DNA of 51,799 nucleotides from Candidatus Babelota bacterium (GTDB lineage Bacteria; Babelota; Babeliae; Babelales; Babelaceae): NCBI GenBank assembly GCA_003484685.1, contig DNBB01000031.1, positions 7,713 to 59,511 of the forward strand, read 5' to 3'. Shown piece by piece: positions 45,412 to 51,799 of this stretch (position 1 is its first letter; each line of letters starts with the position of its first letter). The notes under the pieces were generated by a model. It saw only the letters and a program-made list of their open reading frames with translations, ran no database searches and was not told where the DNA came from. The position numbers and the translations under genes were made by a program.

Positions 45412-45801
45412 ATGAAAACATTATATACCTATATGGGGGTTGTTCTGTTAGGCGCATGTGCTGGATTGACAGCTAGCGAACAAAAAGGGCCAGCTGAGGG
45501 CAAAGGCCCACAAGAGAAAATGGCTCAAACGCGTGAGCGAAAAGGCGCCATGAGCAAGCCAAACAAAATCCTCAAGGATATGGTCTATGAGACTTTTGTT
45601 GTTGAAGAAGGCGACAAAAAGGTAGTAGGCGTGTTTATGCGAACCAAAGACGGCAAAGACTTGATCGAAAAAGTCAGGATGTATATTGATGAAGGAAAAA
45701 CACTTGACGCGATAAAAACACATAAAGAACTAAAAGAAGCGCTAAAAGAAAAATTTGCAGCCTACCTTGATAAAAAAGGTCTTAAAATAGTACATAAATA
45801 A
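45412..45801 (+). CDS. small lipoprotein
   Basis: MKTLYTYMGVVLLGAC carries a lipobox (LGAC), and SD agaggagaagg precedes ATG 45412. Confidence 0.7.
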   Translation: MKTLYTYMGVVLLGACAGLTASEQKGPAEGKGPQEKMAQTRERKGAMSKPNKILKDMVYETFVVEEGDKKVVGVFMRTKDGKDLIEKVRMYIDEGKTLDAIKTHKELKEALKEKFAAYLDKKGLKIVHK

Positions 45802-45835
45802 CTGCGCAATACCAAATTGCCTGGTTTGAGCAACA

Positions 45836-45871
45836 AAAAAGGCGTATGTGAAAGTTCACATACGCCTTTTT
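45836..45871. terminator. bidirectional hairpin terminator
   Basis: aaaaaggcgtatgtgaa ag ttcacatacgccttttt lies between convergent genes. Confidence 0.85.
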
Positions 45872-45904
45872 ACCGTACAAAAGAGAAATAGAGGTTTTAA
45901 CGCT

Positions 45905-47038
45905 TTACTTTTTAGCTGGCTTAAAAGTCACCCATTCCAGCGCATTAATTCTATGCTTACGGTTTATAATGAACTGTTTTGTCTTTGCAAGCAATGTCAC
46001 AAACAAATCCGTTGCCCGTGTCGTTTTGACTGCATCTGCTTTTGAAGAATTCGAACGATTCGCAATCAAAATATTATTGAGCTGCTGTATCCAGGAATTA
46101 GACAAGTTTCCTTTATCTGCAGTGGTACATGCACCAAAAAGCTCACGCAGGTCTCCAATTACGGCATCCCCTACAAATGCTATGAAAGCCTTTTCAGGTG
46201 CAAGACTAATAAGCTGACTTGGATCTTTTGGATCAGGCTCCTGAAAACCCTCCATCCACAATGGAATGCGATACCCATTAACCAACTTATTCAAAAATCC
46301 CTGCTCCGCGACACCAGCCGCTTTAGCAAAATGTTCAAGCGAGCCTCCGGTAACAGTTTCATCAGTACCATAAACAACAGACTCGTTCAACTTGCCAGAA
46401 GCATTTCCCACCGCTTTAAGCTGCGCCGGTATATTCATTTTGCGCTGAATTTTTCCAACATACTGCGCTAGACGTGTTTGTTCAGATGGGGGCATACGCA
46501 AATAAATTTGGTATAGCTCATTCCAGACTTTTTCCGCAAACGCTTTCTGTTCCTGCAAGCGCGCTACATAGCCTTCTCGGTATGTTTGGTCCCAAACAGT
46601 CAATGCTTTGCCTTTTGCTATAGAAAGCGCTACACCTGGCGCTACGACACGCTCGACGGCTAGATCGGAAACCATGCCAACATATGGCAGCCCAAAATAC
46701 ATGACCCCCGAAAGAATAAGACTCGACCAAATTGCCTTCTTTGGATGCTCCTTGCTCCAGCTCATAAGATCAAGTGAATGAGTCTTTAGGCTATTTAAAA
46801 TTGGTTTATGATATCGTTTGGCAAAATCATAAACCACCGGTGCTGCTAACAAACCTGCGGCACCTACACCTGTATACAGTGCAGCCACCCGGGCCTTTTC
46901 ACGAGCACGCGCTAAAAAACCTTTTTGAACTGAATAGGCATCCCCCGGAATAGCCAGGAAAAACACTAGAGACGCAACTCCGCCTAAGCGACGAAACTGC
47001 TTTAAAAACGACATATTCATAGTAACAACCTCCATCAA
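45905..47038 (-). CDS. hypothetical membrane protein
   Basis: 377 aa with N-terminal signal/TM GGVASLVFFLAIPGDAYS and two further TMs. No motif recognised. The start could be an internal Met (MNMSF..). Confidence 0.6.
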   Translation of the reverse strand: MMEVVTMNMSFLKQFRRLGGVASLVFFLAIPGDAYSVQKGFLARAREKARVAALYTGVGAAGLLAAPVVYDFAKRYHKPILNSLKTHSLDLMSWSKEHPKKAIWSSLILSGVMYFGLPYVGMVSDLAVERVVAPGVALSIAKGKALTVWDQTYREGYVARLQEQKAFAEKVWNELYQIYLRMPPSEQTRLAQYVGKIQRKMNIPAQLKAVGNASGKLNESVVYGTDETVTGGSLEHFAKAAGVAEQGFLNKLVNGYRIPLWMEGFQEPDPKDPSQLISLAPEKAFIAFVGDAVIGDLRELFGACTTADKGNLSNSWIQQLNNILIANRSNSSKADAVKTTRATDLFVTLLAKTKQFIINRKHRINALEWVTFKPAKK

Positions 47039-47100
47039 CTATGCTACGCGAATTATTCTTAAAGATAACGGTGAGGAAGAAAATTGGATTTGATTAGAAA

Positions 47101-47175
47101 TGGTGCCGAGAGATGGAATCGAACCACCGACACGAAGCTCTTCAGGCTTCTGCTCTACCACTGAGCTACCTCGGC
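47101..47175 (-). tRNA. tRNA-Phe (anticodon GAA), CCA encoded
   Basis: The reverse complement GCCGAGGTAGCTCAGTGGTAGAGCAGAAGCCTGAAGAGCTTCGTGTCGGTGGTTCGATTCCATCTCTCGGCACCA folds as a cloverleaf with anticodon loop CTGAAGA. Confidence 0.92.
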
Positions 47176-47299
47176 ATATTTTTCAAGAACCTCCACGTAT
47201 GGCTCTTAGTGTGACAAACATTGGCAATGATGTCAACCGCAACCTGTTTAAGAAGCAAAGTAAATATGATACGCTATCGCATATCAGTATCTGTATTCT

Positions 47300-48343
47300 A
47301 TGGACATAGCCATGCACGCCTTTGAAGAAAAACTTAAAAAGACGCAAATCACCGTTATCAGCCTCCTAGAAAGCGCAAAATCCCCTCAAGAACTTGCTGA
47401 GGTTGAATCCCAAATTTTAGGCAAACAGGGCTTGGTAGCACAACTAATAAACGAATTCAAAACGCTTTCTGGCACTGACAAAAAACAATTTGGTAGCCCA
47501 TTCAACCAATTTCGTGAGGAAATCAGAGCACGGATAGCTGAAAAAAAACAACAGGGCAGTCCATCCTGCGGTTGCGACAATGCTTCATGTTCAATACCGC
47601 TTGATGTCACGGCTTACCGTGCCGCTCCCATTGGATCGCTACACCCAGAAACCCATGCAATTTATGAGCTTGAAGATGTACTTACTTCGATGGGCTTCGC
47701 ACTTGTCGAGGGCCCAGAACTAGAAACTGAATTTTACAACTTTGATGCACTAAACATTCCACCAACGCATCCCGCCCGTGATATGCAAGACACCTTCTGG
47801 CTTCCCCAGCCACACCATCTTTTGCGTACTCACACCTCAAGCGTACAAATCCGGGCAATGCAAAAACAACGTCCACCGCTCTCTATAGCAGCAATCGGAC
47901 GCGTATATCGTTGTGAAGCAACTGATGCCAGTCATGACTACACATTCTTACAATGCGAAGGGCTCGTGATTGATAAAAAAAATTCACTCGCTAATCTCTT
48001 TGCCACAACAAAGCTCCTACTCCAAAAGCTCTTTAAAAATGACAACCTTCAGATTCGCGTACGCCCAAGTTACTTTCCTTTTGTCGAACCAGGCGTTGAG
48101 ATTGATCTAACTTGCCCCTTCTGTACCTCGGGTTGTCCAACATGCAAAAAAAGCCGCTGGATCGAGATTTGCGGCGCAGGGCTGGTGCATCCTAACGTAC
48201 TCAAAGCTGGCGGAATAAATCCTCAAGAATGGAGCGGATTTGCCTTTGGTTTTGGTCTAACCCGCCTCATCATGCTTAAATACGGCATCGATGACATCCG
48301 TCACCTGCACAATGCCAAGATAGAATTCCTTCAGCAGTTTTAA
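47300..48343 (+). CDS. pheS: phenylalanine--tRNA ligase alpha subunit
   Basis: FNFDALNIPPTHPARDMQDTFW and GFAFGFGLTRL; 347 aa. An alternative ATG lies at 47312. Confidence 0.94.
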   Translation: MDIAMHAFEEKLKKTQITVISLLESAKSPQELAEVESQILGKQGLVAQLINEFKTLSGTDKKQFGSPFNQFREEIRARIAEKKQQGSPSCGCDNASCSIPLDVTAYRAAPIGSLHPETHAIYELEDVLTSMGFALVEGPELETEFYNFDALNIPPTHPARDMQDTFWLPQPHHLLRTHTSSVQIRAMQKQRPPLSIAAIGRVYRCEATDASHDYTFLQCEGLVIDKKNSLANLFATTKLLLQKLFKNDNLQIRVRPSYFPFVEPGVEIDLTCPFCTSGCPTCKKSRWIEICGAGLVHPNVLKAGGINPQEWSGFAFGFGLTRLIMLKYGIDDIRHLHNAKIEFLQQF

Positions 48344-48352
48344 CGAACAATT

Positions 48353-48400
48353 AAAAAAAGTTCCTCTATACACTTTAAAGCGTATAGAGGAACTTTTTTT
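48353..48400 (+). terminator. intrinsic terminator of pheS
   Basis: aaaaaaagttcctctatac actttaaagc gtatagaggaac ttttttt. Confidence 0.85.
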
Positions 48401-48469
48401 GCTTTATCAAAACAAACAAGCGAATGAATCTATGGCATTCTTAAGCAGATAAAAGCCGTACCGCTATTT

Positions 48470-48784
48470 CTAGTTCACGTTCTCATCCACTCTCTTGAGC
48501 ATTTCGCGTGGTTCCCTATAACAGGAAGAACCTCCGCCTGTCGAACAACCTAGATTATCCGCACCATTCCAGCTCATTTTTACAGAATACATAGGATTTT
48601 CTTGCTCTGCTGCAAAAGCATCGCGCATCACTTTAATCCTTGCATCCAAAGAAGGATGTCCATAAAAAAGAAATTCTGGGAGTCTAACATGCAAAAATAA
48701 CATAGCCTCAACCGAAGTTCGCCATGCACGTATAATAAAAGAATTTTGCAATTTAGCGTCAATTTCTTGGCAATCTTCAGGCAA
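48470..48784 (-). pseudogene. possible remnant of an M48-type peptidase C-terminus
   Basis: ..LFYGHPSLDARIKVM.. resembles the C-terminal HPxxxxRI motif of M48 peptidases. There is no HExxH. A second overlapping frame (48628..48834, MVYLAHMPAKVFDKALS..) suggests a frameshift. Confidence 0.3.
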
Positions 48785-48844
48785 GAGAGCGCTTTATCAA
48801 ATACCTTAGCTGGCATATGCGCTAAATAAACCATAAGGTGGGCT

Positions 48845-50256
48845 CTAAATAGATAAACTGTAAACGAAATCTACCCCAACCCTCAATAAAAAATCCTCAT
48901 CATGAGAAATCAACAGCAAGGCACCCGGATATGCCTGCAAAACTTGAATTACGTGTTCTCGTGTCACGAGATCCAAATTATTGGTAACCTCATCCAAGAT
49001 TAAAAGCTTCGGCGGTTTCGCTCCTACCTTTGCAAGTGAAAGCCGAGCTTTTTCGCCTCCGGACAAATCCTTAACCAGCATAAAGACTTCCTCGTTTTTT
49101 CGAAAAAGAAAATCATTCAAGTACGAACGAATTTCTACAGTATTCCAATGCAGCGCCACAGAAGCAATAACATTAAAAACCGATTGTTCTGGATCAATGC
49201 TCTCATAGTGCTGGTCAAGATATCCGATCTCTTCATTTTTCGAAACAAACCATTCACCGGTTCTATAGACCTCGTCAAACCCTAAAACGGCCTTCACTAG
49301 TGTAGTCTTTCCACTTCCATTGTTTCCAGTAATAGCCACTTTTTGGTTGCCAAGAACCGAAAGGTTAATATCACGAAGAACAGGCTCATGAAAATCGTAC
49401 CCAACGGCACCATGTGCAATCTGAAGAACTACCTGCTCACGACTTTCACGGCTTGCAATAACAAACTTTGGTTTTATACTTTCCGGCAAACGCAATTCGC
49501 TCAAGCGACCTAACAAATCACCTTTTTTGTGGTCGATCGAACTTAATTTTTTCCCTTGAGCCTTTTCTGCCTTCATTCCTTTCAAATCACCAATCGATTT
49601 CATCCATTTTTTGTTTAAAACATTACTCTTTCCCTTCGCGCGGCTTTTAGCGGTTCGCTCCTGCTCGCGCATACGTTTTTCGTGTAAATCGTGCCTTTCT
49701 TGAGCGAGAAGCAACAATTCTCGCTCAAGAGCAATTTTTTTCGCATAGGATTGCCGTGCATATTCGTCATATACCCCAGAAAATATCTCTATTGAACCTT
49801 GATCAATGGCCCAAAATGTTTGAAAACACGTACGCAAAACCTCTAAATCGTGCGAAACAACTATCAAAGTTCCCGCATAGTTTTGCAGCATACGCAGCAA
49901 ACTTTTACGGTTTCGCGCGTCAAGATGATTCGTCGGTTCATCCAGCAATAGCATATTAGGATTTCTACTCAAAGCGGTAGATAAAGCCGCATTAAAACGC
50001 TCTCCCCCACTTAAAGCATCAGTTTCCAGGACAACCTGGGGTACATAGCCACATATCGCGTTGGTCGGCAGTGCCAAAAAACCTTCATATGGCGCAACCC
50101 CTGCAATCATTTTCAATAATGTCGACTTGCCCGTACCATTAGCCCCGATAATTGCAATACGAGAGCCAAAGGAAATAGAAGCAGAAAAATTTGAAAAACA
50201 AGTTTTATGGTGAAAAAAAGTTCAATTTCATTAAGATGTATTACGCTGTGAAACAT
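48845..50256 (-). CDS. ABC-F family ATPase with an apparent frameshift after codon 15
   Basis: There are two ABC cassettes: GANGTGKS / LSGGERF / LLLDEP and GNNGSGKT / LSGGEKA / LILDEV. They are joined by a Lys/Arg-rich linker. The ATG at 50256 (SD gaaagg) and the body are out of frame across the A7 run 50213-50219. Confidence 0.8.
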
Positions 50257-50418
50257 ACCAATACCTTTCTAAGCAAATAAAAACGCAGTTATACGCGAAA
50301 TATTAAAAAAACCTAGAAAGAATTGTTCATGGCCCATCACTCCTTAAGAAAACAGACTTCCATTAGTATATAAAAAAACAAAATAAAATAACAGTTTAAG
50401 AATATAAACGAACGGCGT

Positions 50419-50451
50419 GGTCGCAAAGCGAATAAAATTCGCTTTGCGACC
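50419..50451 (-). terminator. perfect 15-bp hairpin just downstream of the ppsA stop
   Basis: ggtcgcaaagcgaat aaa attcgctttgcgacc. There is no clean U-tract on the ppsA strand. Confidence 0.5.
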
Positions 50452-50458
50452 AAAAACA

Positions 50459-51799
50459 TTACAAATCAGCCAAGAACCGAACAACAGCATCTGCTGTCAT
50501 AGATACATAATCAATTTTATTATGAATCAAAAACTCACGAAGCTCTTGAGAGTCAGCCGGACCTTGTCCACAAATGCCAATAGACTTCTGGTACATATGC
50601 GCTTTTTCGATTGCTTGTATAATCATAGCATGCACCGCGGGGTCGTTTTCATCATATAGATGCTGCACACTTTGCGTATCACGGTCTACACCCAAAACAA
50701 GTTGGGTTAAATCGTTCGAACCAATAGAAAAACCATCGCAATACGGTAAATATTCTTCCATACTCAAAATATTTTCAGGCAACTCAACCATCATAGCCAA
50801 TTCAAATCCATTTTCGCCCCGTACCAACCCAGCAGCTTCAATACGTTGCACAACTGCCGCCAACTCCTTAGAAGAGCGAATAAATGGTATCATAACCTGA
50901 CAATTAGTAAGTCCAAATGTTTTTCGCGCTAGATCAAACGCTTTTAATTCTAACCAAAACGCATCCTGATAGGCTGGATCAAGATACCGCGCAGCACCAC
51001 GCAAGCCAAGCATCGGGTTTGCTTCTTCCCCCTCAAAAATATTCCCCGCCAACAAGGAGGCATATTCATTACTTTTAAAATCAGAGGTTCGTACCAAAAC
51101 ACGGCGTGGATAAAAAGCTGCCGCAATCGTACCAATCGATTCAGCAAGCATATGGATAAATGTTTCTGCCCATTTTTCGGGTTCCGCCACCAATTTTTCA
51201 CTAATAACCTCGCGCAAAATTGCATCCTGCACAAGCTCGGGATGCGCACAGGCTTGTGGATGCACGCCAATAGTACCTGAAATAACAAATTCTAGGCGTG
51301 CCAATCCAACGCCATCAACCGGCAAAAACGATGCATCAATAGCGCGTAGAGGATCGCTCGTATTAAGCTGCAACGCTACCGGCGAAGTTTTTGATGCTGC
51401 TAACAACACTGTTGTTTCTTGCGCTTCCCAGATGCCCCGATAAACATTGCCACGATCTCCAGCAGAACAATCAAGCGTAATCACTTCACCATCAACTATT
51501 TTTTCTGTCGCATCTATTGAACCAACAATTGCAGGTATCCCAAGCTCACGACTCACAATAGCTGCATGGCAAGCTCTCCCCCCCTGCTCGGTTACAATCG
51601 CCGCAGCCCGTTCCATAACAGGAAGCCAATCAGGATCGGTCATCGTCGCAACCAGGATATCTCCCTCCTCTATCTTTTCCTCCTCTTCAAGCGAAGCGAG
51701 GATCCGCGCTCGGCCAGAAACAATGCCGTATCCGACACGCGCGCCTTCACAAACCTTATTGCCTTCGCCGGGCTGTTGCACAAAAGAAAAGCTTGAAAA
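50459..51799 (-). CDS. ppsA: phosphoenolpyruvate synthase (pyruvate, water dikinase), 5' partial
   Basis: The swivel-domain motif GGRACHAAIVSRELGIPAIVG and a PEP-utilising C-terminal barrel (..IGSNDLTQL..) are present. The frame is open to the window end. Confidence 0.88.
   Translation of the reverse strand, partial: FSSFSFVQQPGEGNKVCEGARVGYGIVSGRARILASLEEEEKIEEGDILVATMTDPDWLPVMERAAAIVTEQGGRACHAAIVSRELGIPAIVGSIDATEKIVDGEVITLDCSAGDRGNVYRGIWEAQETTVLLAASKTSPVALQLNTSDPLRAIDASFLPVDGVGLARLEFVISGTIGVHPQACAHPELVQDAILREVISEKLVAEPEKWAETFIHMLAESIGTIAAAFYPRRVLVRTSDFKSNEYASLLAGNIFEGEEANPMLGLRGAARYLDPAYQDAFWLELKAFDLARKTFGLTNCQVMIPFIRSSKELAAVVQRIEAAGLVRGENGFELAMMVELPENILSMEEYLPYCDGFSIGSNDLTQLVLGVDRDTQSVQHLYDENDPAVHAMIIQAIEKAHMYQKSIGICGQGPADSQELREFLIHNKIDYVSMTADAVVRFLADL

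Noticed and set aside
47100-47309. The 69-aa plus-strand ORF MVPRDGIEPPTRSS...
   Set aside because: It is the antisense translation of tRNA-Phe, which typically gives the GIEPPT artefact, plus intergenic DNA.
1-51799. CRISPR arrays, rRNA genes, IS elements with terminal inverted repeats, and toxin-antitoxin or restriction-modification cassettes.
   Set aside because: I saw no regularly spaced direct repeats, no rRNA-like sequence and no transposase-like ORF. The only methyltransferase-like sequence is the truncated fragment at 12274-12542.

Overview
A 51.8-kb chromosomal window from a moderately AT-rich bacterium that uses the standard code; TAA, TAG and TGA all act as stops. I support about 50 protein genes, 2 tRNAs, several clean hairpin terminators and no rRNA, CRISPR or obvious prophage. 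Gene orientation switches about 15 times.

Housekeeping content:
- One plus-strand block (0.5-9.5 kb): carD-like, miaA, a PpiD-like chaperone, recA, infC-rpmI-rplT, a ZapB-like coiled coil plus zapA, rny and ymdB.
- proS-dnaN-recF, with no dnaA.
- rplI-dnaB-ruvC, lnt, ileS, murD-ftsW, ldh and pepA.
- tRNA-Leu followed by tig, then trxB and rpmH-rnpA.
- tRNA-Phe divergent from pheS, an ABC-F ATPase and a 5'-truncated ppsA.

Lineage-specific regions that look most worth follow-up:
1. A 10.4-16.7 kb stretch holds three decayed genes, a four-gene operon of exported ORFans and a tyrosine recombinase. One ORFan carries synuclein/apolipoprotein-like 11-residue repeats. Another is an unlisted 53-aa twin-CX3C peptide. 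Three share a C-terminal module.
2. A translationally coupled operon (38.2-40.4 kb) encodes an exported lambda-type GH104 lytic transglycosylase, an alpha/beta hydrolase and a protein ending in a Gly/Trp/Tyr/Cys-rich tail with a WCSGC motif.
3. A 643-aa exported coiled-coil protein contains a J-domain-like segment that reads H-D-P instead of HPD.
4. The ABC-F gene has its first 15 codons displaced by a frameshift in an A7 run.

I also report an orphan promoter-plus-terminator pair (a candidate sRNA) and an unlisted 27-aa membrane peptide. The many signal-peptide ORFans and the scrambled synteny suggest a small-genome, possibly host-associated diderm. That is inference only, and I cannot assign taxonomy from the sequence alone.
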